In this document: positions 1 to 12,757 of the stretch, piece after piece
Layout of the letters: each line of letters starts with the position of its first letter
Numbering within the stretch: the first letter of the stretch is position 1
Source of the DNA: Malacoraja senta
Lineage: Eukaryota
Length of the DNA stretch: 64,000 bases
Assembly: GCA_038087875.1 (NCBI GenBank)
Contig: JAXLNO010000179.1
Span: 62,001 to 126,000, forward strand
Reading direction: 5' to 3'
Translations under genes and position numbers: made by a program
The notes under the pieces: model-generated
The model's database searches: none
What the model saw: only the letters and a program-made list of their open reading frames with translations
Told to the model about the DNA's origin: nothing

Positions 1-248
1 GAATCTATAAAACATTGGAAAATGATCACCAATGCGTCCAGATTTCTAGAGCCACTTTCTTAAGTACCCTGGGATGCAGACCATCAGGCCCTGGGGATTT
101 ATCAGCCTTCAGTCTCATCAGTCTACCCAACACTATTTCCTTCCTAATGTGGATTTCTTTCAGTTCCTCCGTCACGACAGATCCTCTGGCCACTAGTACA
201 TCAGGAAGATTGTTTGTGTCCTCCTCAGTGAAGACGGATCCAACGTAC
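1..248 (-). mobile_element. CR1 LINE ORF2 fragment (continues out of window)
   Basis: Closely resembles the CR1 segments at 17480-17725 and 52480-52720 (antisense of ...KADKSPGPDGLHPRVLKEVA...). Confidence 0.85.
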
Positions 249-915
249 TTGACATTTCTCCTCTGAGGGTTGAGAATCTTTTGAGTTCTTTACCCTCCGG
301 AGCTGTGGGTGGAGAACCATTCAGTATATTCAAGGGTTAGCCAGTTAGAATTTTACACTGTGGGAAAATTGAGGGATATGGGGATTAGGTAAATGTTTAG
401 ATCAAAGATCAAATCAGCCATGATCATGTGATAGAATGAATAAGGCTCAAGGGCTGATTTTTTAATGTAATAAAAGTTTCCAATTCTACAACTTGCAATT
501 CTAATGACATGTAACAATATGTCTTGAAGGTATGAGGCCAAAAGGAACAAGTGACTGCTTCATTGCCCATAGGTCCATTTATCTTAAAGACAATTAAAAT
601 AATTTTACTTATATCTGAAAATCACTGAAATCATCAAATCATTTCCAGCAGAGAATAAAAAATGGTAAACTTTTAAAAACTATATTTTTCACCATGAAGT
701 TCTGTTTTTAATGCTTATCACACCTTTGGTCCTCTTGCTGAATAACTCTAAACTTCAAATCAGCTTGCTATTTTGTTAATCAAATATATCCGGGAGGCAA
801 ACATAGAGAATCATTAATCTGGTATCATGCTGAAGCGCTTCTGTTTCTTATGGCATAATCTAATTGGTCAGTTAGATGAGTGGATGATGTTGCTCTGTGT
901 GTGATGTGTCTGTAG

Positions 916-1060
916 ACAAGTGAATCTGAATATGCAGAGGAACTGCACAGCTGCCTGATGAAGTGGCGAGAAACGGTTTCTAAGCCGACACCGAGCCATG
1001 ACAACGATGATTTCACTGTCATGGAATTAAGGAGGAGGCAACTTGAGGAAGAAAGAAAAG
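916..1060 (+). CDS. Coiled-coil gene, internal exon (TSESEYAEELHSCLMKW...RRRQLEEERK)
   Basis: tgtag acceptor and gtaaat donor; open frame; phase-1 end fits the next exon. Confidence 0.75.
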
Positions 1061-2531
1061 GTAAATAGCGGTGCTCTCTGGTTCTCACTTGGAACGAATC
1101 ATACAGTTTATTTTGTTTTAATTTAAAATATTTAAGAAGTGAATGACTTGATTAGTGATCTTGATGACTTGAAAGACGAGTGCACCTCTATTTAGGGATC
1201 TGTTTGTTGTCCATATTTCAGTCGAGACAAAGGCTACTGTCGATTTTTTTAAAGGTGGAATTCTAATGTTTTTACTTTCAGCATCAAAATCCATGCTGAC
1301 ACTAGTTTTGTCCAGCTGTTTAACGTGGGCAGGTTAATTGGCTTGGGTTAATTGGCTTTCCATCTCATCTATATCCTGCTGTAACCTTGGACAAACCTCC
1401 TCGCTCTCCACAAACCACCAATTTTCATGTCATCTGCAAGCTTATATCCTACATTGTGATCCAAGCTGTTATCACCAAACAACGGAAGTCTCAGCTGTGA
1501 TTCCTGTGGTACCACAATAATCACAAATTTCCCATCAGAAAAACATCCTTCCATCATTGCCTCCTATTTAGATCCAACTGGCCAGCCCACCTTACATTGC
1601 ATGTGCCCAAATCTTCTGCACTCGCCTACCATGTGGGACCCGATGAAATTAATGCACTAGTAATGTACTAAAGTGATTAGTAGAATCCAGTTAAAGCTAC
1701 TGCTCATTTTCCAAAATTGTTATAAACCCCAACTAAAATATACTTTCATTGAATTCTTTAGTTAATTCAGTAATCTAATCATTTTTATAACATTTAATGC
1801 AGTTAAATTTCCAATTACGTACTTTAGAGTGAGTTTTTATAAATACGCAAGTTTCACTGAAAGACTAGGAGGTTTATTTAACACAGGCAAGTGGGGTTAA
1901 TATAGATGGCCATGATAGTCGGCACAGACACATTGGATGGAAAAGGGCATGTTTCTGTGTTGTACAACTCTTTGGAATATTTAGTAGTGAAAGGGAACAC
2001 TGTTTTAACCCATAGTTGATTCCATCCATTACCTGATGTAAGTAAAATGAACCAAACTTCCTGATAACTTTTCAATGTGAAAGGATTTATTTTTTCCCCT
2101 ATATTTACATTGGTAATTGCAAAGGTAGAACACTTATCTTTTTGTCCAAATGGCCACTACACAGGCTTCACTCGCTTTATTAATGGATTTGCAGGTTAAA
2201 TTACAAATCTGCCTCTCCTGAAAAAATACTGAAATAATATCAATACATAAATCAGTATTGGTATTAGTTGTCTCTGGAATACCAGTGATGTAAATTTTGC
2301 TTTGTTTCTGCAAGCTTTTAAAATTTAAAGCCAACCAGCCAGCTGCAAGGTGTTTTAGCCCAGTGAGAAACTAACACCTTAACTTGAGGAAGCCACGAGG
2401 TAGCGATGGTCACTGGGATCCAATCAGTCTATATTGTGTCTGTGTTCATGCTGTCTTTCTGAATGACGTGTCTTCCTGTGGCACAAAACTGATTGAGGAT
2501 AACTGGTTCTTTCCTGGCTGCTCTGATCTAG

Positions 2532-2638
2532 ATTTGGTCTCAGAACTGAAGGAGCTGGAGGAGGATTTGGGGGATCTTCAGAGACGAGTACAGAATCAAG
2601 GATGGATAAAGCAGACCACAGCTGGCCAAAAGCTTATG
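2532..2638 (+). CDS. Coiled-coil gene exon (DLVSELKELEEDLGDLQRRVQ...QKLM)
   Basis: ctag acceptor and gtatgt donor; phase 1 to 0; heptad-like peptide. Confidence 0.75.
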
Positions 2639-2784
2639 GTATGTGCTCAGTCTGACACTTTCAGTTTAAACTTTGATTTTATATATCTGTGGAAATTTAA
2701 TGCTTGAGTTCACTTGATATTTTACACTGTTATCAATTTTAAGCTTTGCCAAGGTTGAATAAAATATTTTTCTGTTTGGGGGGG

Positions 2785-3068
2785 GGTTGCACAGTGGCAC
2801 AGTGGTAGAGTTGCTGCCTTACAACACCAGACATCCGGGTTCGATCCTGACCACGGGTGCTGTCTGTACCGAGTTTGTACGTTCTCCCCGTGACCACGTG
2901 GGTTTTCTCCGGGTGCTACTGATTCCTCCAACACTCCAAAGGCGTACAGGTTTGCAGGTTAATTGGCTTTGGTAAAAATTGTAAATTGTCCCTAGTGTGC
3001 AGGATAGTGATCGTCGGTTGGCCTGTGCTCATTGGGCCGAAGGGCCTGTTTCCCTGCTGCATCTTAAA
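2785..3068 (+). mobile_element. tRNA-derived V-SINE (HE1-like)
   Basis: A-box-like ggcacagtggtagag, B-box-like gggttcgatcc, V-domain core, tail gggccgaagggcctgtttcc. Confidence 0.85.
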
Positions 3069-3069
3069 G

Positions 3070-3168
3070 CACGAATATGAATCCCTTTCGCAATCCGACG
3101 AAAATATCGGCAATGAGATGGATAAGATGAGGCAAATAGTTGAGACGGCAAGAAAAGAGAAACAGGAG
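3070..3168 (+). CDS. Coiled-coil gene, symmetric 99-nt exon (HEYESLSQ...RKEKQE)
   Basis: aaag acceptor and gtgatg donor; phase 0-0; charged helical peptide; acceptor abuts a SINE tail. Confidence 0.6.
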
Positions 3169-3326
3169 GTGATGGGACTTGTTCCTCAAGATGCATATGA
3201 TGACTAAATATTTGTGTATTTATTTTTTAATTTAAAAGATTCCAAGATAGACACAGCAAAGATATGTTGTAATCTTGTTTTGCATTCATGTGTGTATAAA
3301 GATTGAGCACTATTTTCATTTTGCAG

Positions 3327-3421
3327 GAAAATGAAGAACTGGAAACCCTTCAGCAAGCAACACAGCAGGAGTGCACAGAGCAAGATCCGTCCTCCTGCAA
3401 GATTGAATTGGCTGAGCTAAG
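3327..3421 (+). CDS. Coiled-coil gene exon (ENEELETLQQ...IELAEL)
   Basis: ttttgcag acceptor and gtttgg donor; phase 0 to 2. Confidence 0.75.
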
Positions 3422-3699
3422 GTTTGGTTCTACTTGGACTGGGATATCAGTTACATTTCTATTGTGCCATACGATCAAATGGGAATATCCCTTGATGCTT
3501 TGGCCAGCTAACTATGAATTGTTGATGATGGTAGCAAACACGGCAGTCAATTTTCGTAGGGTGATGTCGTAGAGCCACAAATTATTCAACTCCTCAACGA
3601 AGGAGAATCCATCTGGTTAAAGGAGGAGGACATTCTGTTGCGAATGGCTGAACGGCTTCCTTTAGTTTGTTTTAGATTAGTTTAGTTTAGAGAGAATTG

Positions 3700-5310
3700 A
3701 AATCCAAGCTGATTATCAACACGCATTTGGGATTGTTTTAGTTCAATAGGCTCCCATTTGACATATCATCAGCCCCAGGGATTTTTCAAGGGTTTATGAC
3801 ACAAATTCTAGACGGAATTGAAGGTGTGGTGCATTACTTGGATGACATCCTCATCTCAGCCCCTGGCAGGCAGACACATGATGAAAGGTTGGAAGTGGTA
3901 TTCAAACGCCTTGAGACACACAGTGTAAGAGTGAAGGCACAAAAGTGTGAGTTCTTTCAGAACTCGGTAGAGTACTTGGGTCATAAGATAGACAAGGATG
4001 GTCTACACCCCACCAAGAGTAAAGTTGATGCGATCGAGAACGCGCCCACTCCCAGAAACATATCTGAGATACGATCCTTTTTAGGATTAGTGCATTATTA
4101 TGGGAAGTTCGTGCCAAGTCTGTCCACCTGTTTACATCCCTTGAACGATCTCTTGAGAAAAGATGTACCATGGAAGTGGACACGTGAATGTGACCACGCT
4201 TTCAAGTCATGTAAAGCTCCGTTGGCAGAGAGTACAATGCTTGTTCATTACGATGTAAATAATCCAATGAAGTTAGCATGTGATGCTTCACCATACGGTG
4301 TTGGTGCTGTGATCTCTCATGTGCTAGAAAATGGAGAAGAGAGGCCTATAGCATTTGCGTCCAGTACACTCAGTTGCAAATAGAGCGAGAGGATCGTGCA
4401 TTAATTTTTGGCATTAGGCAGGTTTCACAAATACTTGTATGGCAGAAGGTTTGTAATCGAGACAGATCACCAGCCGTTGACAGTGATCCTAAATCCAAAA
4501 GCATACATACCAACTCTGGCCGCAGACAGAATGCAAAGATGGGCACTGATATTGTCTGCATACCAGTATCAGCAATGCTGACACCATATCTAGATTACCT
4601 TTGGAATCGGAGGTTACCCCAAACAGAGAGAACTTGTTTTATTTCTCTCATGTAGATGAGTTACCTATCACTTCAGGGGACATTCGGAAGGCTACTCGCA
4701 CTGGCAGACCTTTGTCAAGAGGGCTGGAATATGTTACAAATGGATGGCCAAACAAATTGCCAGATTCAGAGGCAGAACTGAAACCATTTTTTTGTACGTA
4801 GAAATGAACTCTGAAAGACCAAGGATGTGTCATGTGGGGAGTGAGAGTTGTAAACCCTGAAAGATAGGGAGTAAAATTGCTCGGAGATCTTCCTGATCAG
4901 CATTTGTGAATGTGTCTAACAAAGAGTCTAGCTAGAAGCTCTCTATGGTGGCCTGGTGCAGTGTTAGATGGACAACAATTGTTCATTGTGATTGATAGTC
5001 ACTCCAAGTGGGTTGAGGTGTTTCCAATGAACAAAACGACATCCAGCAAAACGATAGACATTTTGCTAGGATTGTTTGCGTCCTACAGAGGAAATTGTGT
5101 CTGATAACGGACCTCAATTCAGTTCACAAGAGTTTGCTTAATTCATGAAAGGGAATGGTATAAAACACACTAGAGTCGCTCCATACCATTCCACTTCAAA
5201 TGGAGCAGCAGAACGCACAGTGCAAATTTTGAAGTGTACATTAGTCAAACAACTGCTGGATCCAAATCCAAAGAAAAGACAGTTGTCTCTGTTTCACGAA
5301 CTGGCTAACT
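3700..5310 (+). mobile_element. Decayed Gypsy/Ty3 pol fragment (RT, RNase H, integrase) inside an intron
   Basis: YLDD, FLGLVHYYGKF, LACDASPYGVGAV and IVIDSHSKWVEV motifs with frameshifts; no LTRs recognised. Confidence 0.9.
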
Positions 5311-5534
5311 TGAGATGATGAACTAAGGAGAGGTTCTGTAGAGGAAGTATTGCTTGTAGTTGAATTAAGTCATTCAGTTGAATGTAGGTGCTTGTTTGCT
5401 AACGGTAATAAAATGGCACATCCATTTTGCCCATCACTTTTAGCAACCTTTGGAAAAATAAGATGTCATTAGTCTTTGGATGCACTAATGACATCTTATT
5501 CTTCCAAGGTTGTTAAAAGACACACGTTAGTTAC

Positions 5535-5830
5535 TTTAAATTTTCGAGATACAGCACGGAAACAGGCCCTTCGTCCTACTGAGTCTGCGGTGACCAGCAA
5601 TCATCCCGTACACTAGCGCAATCCAACACACTAATGACTAATTACAATTTTAACCAAGCCCAATAGCCTACAAACCCTCAAGTCTTTCGGATGTGGGAGG
5701 AAACCAGAATACCCGGAGGAAACCTACGCAGTAACTGGGAGAAGTTGCAAACTCCACACAAACAGCACCTACAGTCAGGATTGAACCTGGGTCTCTGGCG
5801 CTGTTAGGCAGCAATTCTGCCCCTATTGTT
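5535..5830 (-). mobile_element. V-SINE (HE1-like)
   Basis: Reverse complement of the 2785-3068 family. Confidence 0.8.
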
Positions 5831-6301
5831 ACTTGATAGAATCTGAAGAACCATGTGTACACAATGTGGGTGGAATTACAGAATTCTGCTTGTAGTAGCA
5901 CTGAACGATTTATCCACTTAATGCTCCGCCCTTTCCTCTTTGACCTGCGCCTTTGAATTGTTTAAAAATATATATATTATTATTGAGTCTTTTTTACCAC
6001 TTTTTAAGGGAATATAACCTAGGACATAATTTGCTGAATTATAAATAATTTCTCCTCTTCCCCTGGCATTTTTGCTAGTTTCTATACCCTTGCTTCCTCC
6101 AATTCAAGAAATGGTCTTTCCTGTTCGGCTCCATCAAACTGCTTGTAGAGAAATCCACTGACTGCAGAAAGCAGCTGCTTCAAAGTCCTTGGAGAAGTTT
6201 CCTTGAAAGCCGTGTGTTCTTCCCAGCCCTTGGTATCTATGACATTTCATTGAGAAGGTGGGGTTACTGTGTTACCGTTTATACTGCTGTTTTCTTTCCA
6301 G

Positions 6302-6422
6302 GCATGGACTTCTTCCTGTCAGACCAGCGCCCAGGAAGCAAACCATTCAATTGGAATCAATCGAGGAATGTGAGGAGCCTTTGGAGATAGACCCCAGTGA
6401 ACAGGTCGTGGTGGCACCGAAG
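6302..6422 (+). CDS. Coiled-coil gene exon (HGLLPVRPAPRKQ...VVVAPK)
   Basis: tttctttccag acceptor, phase-2 start completes AG|G (Arg); gtgtgt donor, with an alternative in-frame donor 18 nt earlier. Confidence 0.7.
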
Positions 6423-7440
6423 GTGTGTATTGCCAATCAATTCTTTGTTTTCTAGTTTTAATCTAATTTCCTGACATTTTACACTCTATCTTGCCCCCAC
6501 CCCAGTGAACTGGGCAACTCTGGAAAACCTGCTTCCATGTACTTAGTAACTAATAAATAGGATACATAGTACATTGGTTTGGAGTGGGTGATTCAGGCAG
6601 ACAACACAGAAAACCTGGCCTAGTTTCTTTATCCACCCTCCAGGTCCGCACGTGGTGCCCCTCCCCTCACCTAGCAACTCCTCCTCTCCTGGGAGGCACG
6701 AGGTGTTTGAATTAGTCTCATGTCGCACTCACGCGAATCGGTTTTCAAATGCATATCTCTAATCTCTCTGTTTCCGTATGAAGGAGTGCAGTGAATACAA
6801 GCCAAGGTGTAATCCAAATTTCAAAATAATTGTAATATCTCATCTTAACCAAAAGATCTTAAATGCAGAGACACCTTTCCAGGAATACAGAGAGCGAGAG
6901 TAAACAGCTGATGAAGGGTCATCTTTCCCCACCTTCATCATGCTGTATAGTGTAAGAATGGATACTTCACCCATCACCAAGGAATCCAAGCCTAACCATG
7001 GAAGCACTGTCTCTTTCTGATTGACTGCGACAGAGGATTGTTTAGAATCTAGACTTCCTGTCCAATAGTTCACCAAGGAATCTACATTGCTTGTTTGCTC
7101 ATAGAATAGTGCATTCATTTGGACCATAGTATTGAAGCCGCTACCACCCATTCGTACATTATAATGCAGATCTTTGTAACATGATAAGTAAATATATATC
7201 TTCACATCTGTACCTTGGTATTTTACCAATTAGTTTAATTCTGAAAGAACTAATTAGTTGAGGTTCATAAGTGATAGGATAAGAATTAGGCCTTTTGGCC
7301 CATCAAGTCAACTCCACCATTGAATCATGGCTGATCTATCTCTCCTTTGTAACCCCATTCTCCTGCCTTCTTCCCATAACCTCTGACACCTGTATTAGGT
7401 TGATGTTAGTTAGCTATTGACCTCGGTTTCTGTTTTGCAG

Positions 7441-7479
7441 GTGAATTTCTTCAAGCGCTTATTTACTGCTCGAAAATGA
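7441..7479 (+). CDS. Coiled-coil gene, terminal coding exon (VNFFKRLFTARK*)
   Basis: tgttttgcag acceptor, phase 0, TGA at 7477-7479; gene not recognised. Confidence 0.7.
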   Translation: MNFFKRLFTARK

Positions 7480-7670
7480 TGATTTCCTGGACCAGGTCAC
7501 GCTACTTGGTCTTGGCGTACTTTGCGACACCACATTTGCTTGTTTTAATGTGCCTGGCGAGATGTTTTGGACGCACTACAGATGGGAGTGACACCTATGT
7601 GTATATCAAAGCTGTTAATGAGTTGAACACTGATCACAGGTGTATAAATGAATACTGTATTGTTAATGTA

Positions 7671-10524
7671 TGAACGCAGCCCCCAGCGATGCATGTTGGT
7701 GTTGAACCGGCCGACCCCTGTACGGTGCCGGTTCAGGGCGACCCACTCTTTGCGGGGCAGGTCCGAGCCGGGTGGAGCTGTGGTTTTCAGTGCAACAGTG
7801 AATTGAGGAGGTCGCGAAGTCTGTTCCCAGCTGGTTCTCCAAGCTCCTAGTGTGTTGAAACCGGAGCACCAGAGGGTCGCTGCGTGACGGGGGAAGGGGC
7901 GACGAGCTGACAGGCGTTGAGGTCCCAGTTGCTGTGAGTTCTGGGCGAGGTGGTACAAAGGATGCTTGGCGTCTGATGGGGCCTTGCACACCAGCCTGTG
8001 GGTGAAGTACTCTCTGTGAAGCTTGTCGGGTGCGATACCTGCGGCAGGTGATCAGTCGGAGTAGGACGTAGGCAGCCGGTGATGATCCGCATGGTGTCGT
8101 TGAGGATGGCGTCTAGCTTGCTAGTATGAGCGCTCCGGCATCATGCTGGGGCGGTGTACTCAGCGGTGCTGTACACGAGTGCAAGAGCACTGGTTCTGAG
8201 AGTAGATGTCCTGATCCCCATGAAGATCCAGCCAAGCAATGCAGGAGGTTGTTCCGCATCGAGACTTTAGCACGGAGAGCTTCAAGGTGTTGCTTGTAGG
8301 TCAGCTGCTGATCTAGTTTCACCCCAAGGTATGTAGGAAATGGGTTATAGGGTAGGGGTGACACATTGAGGGTGATGGTTAGCTGGAATTGAGGTTCCTT
8401 GTTGTTCAGGTGAAAGGCCGTTGTGGTGGTTTTTGCCACACTCAGTTTTAGTCTCCAGGTCTTTAAGCAGCCCGCGAAAAGTTCCATATCCACTGACAGC
8501 ACATCCTCCACCTTTGACCAACTCCTGTGCGAATTAAGTCGGGCCAGGTCATCTCCGTATCCAAACTGGCGCAAGGTCGTGCGTGGCAGATCGCTGATGA
8601 AGAGATTGAAGAGCATGGGAGCCAGTACCGAGCCTTGGGGGACTCCGTTTCTTAGGCGTTGCAGTCGGCTAAATTGTCTGTCACTGGTCTTGAGTACAAA
8701 ACTGCAGTTGGCCAGGATGTTAGCAAGAAATCGCACTAAATGGCGGTCAGGAATGGTGTGGAGGAGCTTCAAGATCAGGCCCTGGTGCTACACTGTATCG
8801 TAGGCGGTGGTTGGGTCCACCAGTGTGATGCCCGCCATGCAAACCATTTCTAAACGGTCTTCGACGTCATTGGTCAGCTTGACTCTTTGGGTAGTGCAGC
8901 GCCGGTAGTTCCTTGGGTCGTCCACACGCTTGTTTGCTTTTGGTAGCGCAATGATGGTGGCTTTCCACAAGATCTTCGGAATGGACTGACCAATGAGGCA
9001 AGAGAAGTTGAACTCACGGAGCCAGACCTGGCATTTAGGACCGCTGTGTTTTAGGAATTCTGGGGGGATGTTATCAGGACCCTGGTCTTTTCCGCATTTC
9101 AATTGAGTGATGACAGGAGAGGGTTCTGCAGAGGAAAAGGGTGCTGACAGGAGCCCATCAGCGCCTGGAGCTTTCCAAAGATTAGTGGTTTATTATTTGA
9201 CAGAACAAGTATGATTCTTGTCCGCGTCTTTGAAGTGGACGTTGGCCAGGAGCTGGTGGGCGATGGAGTTGGCCGTTGTCCGTGACTTTGGCCGGGTACT
9301 TCGACCGGTGAGGCGATTGAAGGTCTTCCAAACCACCCTACTGGAGTGTGTGAAGTCGATTCCTTGGACTGTCTCGTCCTACCGCTCTCTGGGCTTCTTG
9401 GTCGAAGCAGGTTGTCAGTTCCGTAGCCTTGGAGGCAGCCCCTTCGCCAGGTTTAGCGTCCAGGAATGCGTCGTAGCATGCGTCACACTCTTCGTCCCAT
9501 GTGGGGATGTACCGGCAATGATAGCCGCGAGGAATGGAACTCTTCGCTGCTCTGATGAGGAGTTTGCAGAAGGCGGAGTAGGCTTTGTCCTGATTGGTGG
9601 AGGTGGGGGTGGGAAGGCTGTCGATCCAGAAGTCCACCAGACTTGTGAACTGGTCCCATCTGGCCTTGCGGAAATTCCACCTCTTCGCAGGGTTGTCCGG
9701 GATAATCAGAGATGGGCGATGTTGTGATTTCGGGAAGTGATCCAGGATAATACGGTGTGAGGTTGGTACATACAGGTTTGCAAAAGCCAAGTCAGGGCTG
9801 GTAGTGGTGTTCCACCTGCCAGAGTGGAAGCTGTCCAGTTGTTTTGGGTCGTACAGGAGATGAACGGCAGTAGCTGAGGCCCAGTCTTCTAGTGCAGCGC
9901 CATCTGAGTTAGTTGAACGGTAGCCCCAGGTGATGCTGTGGCTGTTAAAGTCTCTGGTGTAGATGCAGGGCGAACCAAAGGCAGGGATGGAGTCTTTGTG
10001 GAGCCCGGTAGAAGGTGGCTTGTATACATTGATGACCGTGACACCTTTGACTTGCGTTGCTGCCCATTCCACGTCGAGTTAGGAGGGGACACTGCAATCG
10101 CTTTCCATTTTGCTGTGTTCCTTACAAAAGTGGCAATCCCGTGGTTGTCGCTGTCGGTGTAGGCGGCCAGGGTACAACCAGGGATCTTCAGATGGGAGCT
10201 ATCACTTTTGTGAGTCTCTAGGAGCAGGATTGCAATGACTTTGTGGGTCTGTAGCAGATGTTCAATAATGGTGGTCTTGGCCTTGGTGAGGTTTTCCGCA
10301 TTCAGCTGCAGCAGGGTGATGCCATCCGGTTCGACATCTGTAGGTGCCCGCCCTAAAAAGGGCACACGCTCCTGGTTGACGCCGAGCTGTGACGACTGAG
10401 GTTGCATTAGGGCTGCAAGCTGTTGTTGTTCGTTGTTATTTCTGCCGCTGTCTGTTTGTTGTCGTTCGCCTGACTGAGGTCAGTTGACAGGGTTCACCAT
10501 GGGGAGGTCGACAACATGAGCCCT
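7671..10524 (-). mobile_element. Vingi/Ingi-like non-LTR retrotransposon copy 1 (APE + RT; decayed, 3' end missing)
   Basis: LLQLNAENL...LLETH APE start; GVPQGSVLAP, FGYGDD and AFHLNNKE RT motifs; single-ORF layout; clade assigned from motif recall. Confidence 0.75.
10458..10524 (-). ncRNA. HDV-like (nested double pseudoknot) ribozyme fold at the 5' end of the LINE
   Basis: P1 AGGGCUC/GAACCCU (one C-A mismatch), P2 GUUGUCG/CGACAAC, P3 ACC/GGU with L3 UCCCCAU, P4 CUGAC-CUCA-GUCAG, J4/2 GCGAA. Confidence 0.75.
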
Positions 10525-10554
10525 ACGTGTTATATAAAACGGTGATATACGTTT

Positions 10555-11924
10555 ATACAGGACGAAATCTGGCTTGTTCAGCGGGTAGTTGGGGGTCGAC
10601 GATTGGATCGAGCTGGGCCAGGAGAAGCCGTTCCAGGTGCTTGTACGGGACACAGAGGAGTGAGATGGGCCGATAGTTCCTTGAGTCGTCCTCACGCTTG
10701 TTTGGTTTTGGTAGCGCAATGACGGTGGCTTTCCACCAGATCTTCGGAATGGACTGACCAATGAGGGAAGAGGAGTAGAACTCATGGAGCCAGACCTGGC
10801 ATTTAGGACTGCAGTGTTTCAGCAATTCTGGGCTTTACCGCATTTCAATTGAGTGATGACAGGAGAGAGTTCTGCAGAGGAAAAGGGTGCTGACAGGAGC
10901 CCATCAGCGCCTGGAGCGTGCCAAAGATTAGTGGTTTACTGTTTGACAGAACGAGTATGATTCTTGTCCGCGTCTTTGAAGTGGCCGTTGGCCAGGAGCT
11001 GGTGGGCGATGGAGTTGGCCGTGACAGGGCAATGCTTTGGGCGGGTACTTTGACCAGTGAGGCAATTGAAGGTCTTCCAAGCCACCCTACTGGAGTGTGT
11101 GAAGTCGATTCCTTGGACTGTCTCTTCCCACAGCTCTCTGCGCTTCTTGGTCGAGGCAGGTGGTCAGTTCCGTAGCCTTGGAGGCAGCCCCTTCGCCAGG
11201 TTCAGCGTCCAGGAATGCGTCGTAGCATGCGTCACACTCTTCGTCCCATGTGGGAATGTACCGGCAATGATAGCCGCGAGGAATGGAACTCTTCGCTTCC
11301 CTGATGAGGAGTTTGCAGATGGCTGAGTAGGCTTCGTCCTGATTGGATGGGACCGGCTCGATGGGGTTGTCCGGGATAATCAGAGATGGGCGATGTTGTG
11401 ATTTCGGGAAGTGATCCAGGATGATACGGTGTGAGGATGGTCCATTCAGGTTTGCAAAAGCCAAGTCAGGGTTGGTAGTGGTGTTCCACCTGCCAGTGGA
11501 AGCTGTCCGGTTGTTTTGGGTCGTACAGGAGTTGAACAGCAGTAGCTGAGGCCCAGTTAGTCGAGTCATGTGAGTTAGTTGAACGGTAGCCCCAGGTGGT
11601 GCTGTGGCAGTTAAAGTCTCCGGCGTAGATGCAGGGCAAACTAAAGGCGGGGAAGGAGTCTTTGTGGAGCCTGGTAGAAGGTGGCTTTTGTCAGTCTCTT
11701 GGAGCAAGATTGGAATGACTGTGGGTCTGTAGCAGATGTTCAATGATGGTGGTCTTGGCCTTGGTGAGGTTTTCCGCATTCAGCTGCAGCAGGGTGAAGC
11801 CATCCGGTTGGACATCTGTAGATGCCCGCACTTAAAAGGGCGCACGCTCCTGGTTGGCGCCGAGCTGCGGGGACTGAGCTCAGTCAACAGGGTTCACCAC
11901 GGGGAGGTCGACAACATGAGCCCT
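10555..11924 (-). mobile_element. Vingi/Ingi-like copy 2 (5' half, with partial ribozyme at 11872-11924)
   Basis: Highly similar to 8900-10524; ends at NYRPISLLCVPYK...QARFR. Confidence 0.75.
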
Positions 11925-12464
11925 ATGTGTTATATAAAGCAGTTATATAAAAGCTCTAAATGCAAAATTAGGTATATTTTTGAGGTGTTAACCAATGTTA
12001 TTTAACTCTGCTCCTTGGGAGTTAGGATGTCAGAGAGAGATTATATTGAAAGATTATATTTTTGTTCGGAAATGCATTTGTACATTTAAAGTGGTGCTGC
12101 AGATTTGAGGAAAGCACTGAATACATTATAATATAATTTATCTATTACTCTCATCTTAGTTATGTTGCCATTAGGGTACAATTTAGAACTGCACTTTTGG
12201 AAATTATTTTGTTTGACAAAGTTTTTATTAAAATTTACAATTCGTTTTTACTGTTTTATCACCTGTATTTATATTTGAGTGAAAATCGTGACCAAGAGAT
12301 GGCCTGAAATTGTGTTACATGTTTACTGCCATAATGTCACTGCCAATATGTCTCTACCATAGTGGCTACCCAGGGTATTTAGCTGCACCTTGACCCGCTG
12401 CACTTCTATGGGAGCACAAGTAATGCTGACCACCTGCATTAAGGATGTCGCACCCCAGCCACTC

Positions 12465-12757
12465 CGCCCCTCTCCCATCAGGCAAGAGGTATTGACGTTT
12501 GTAAACACACACCTCCAGATTGAGAGACAGTTTCTTCCCAGCTGTTATCAAGCAACTAAACCATCCTACCAACAATTAGAGAGCAGCCCTGAGATACCAT
12601 CGACCTCATTGGAGATTCTTGGACTATCTTTAATCACATTATTCCCTTTAACATCTGTACACTGTGGATGGCTCGATTGTAATCATGCATTGCCTTTCCG
12701 CTGACGAGTTTGCACGCAACAAAACCTTTACACATGACAATAAACTAAACTAACTAA
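12465..12757 (+). mobile_element. Rex1/Babar-type 3' end fragment
   Basis: PSGKRY- and SFFPAVI-like remnant followed by gacaataaa(ctaaa)n tail. Confidence 0.65.

Noticed and set aside
2785..2860. tRNA gene
   Set aside because: tRNA-derived SINE head with no full cloverleaf
6840..7229. 129-aa minus-strand ORF with a repeated caccaaggaatc
   Set aside because: No recognisable motif or splice support; lies inside an intron
10325..10350. 2A-like peptide (TDVEPDG) at the Vingi N-terminus
   Set aside because: Lacks the NPGP of D(V/I)ExNPGP in both copies (copy 2 reads DVQPDG)
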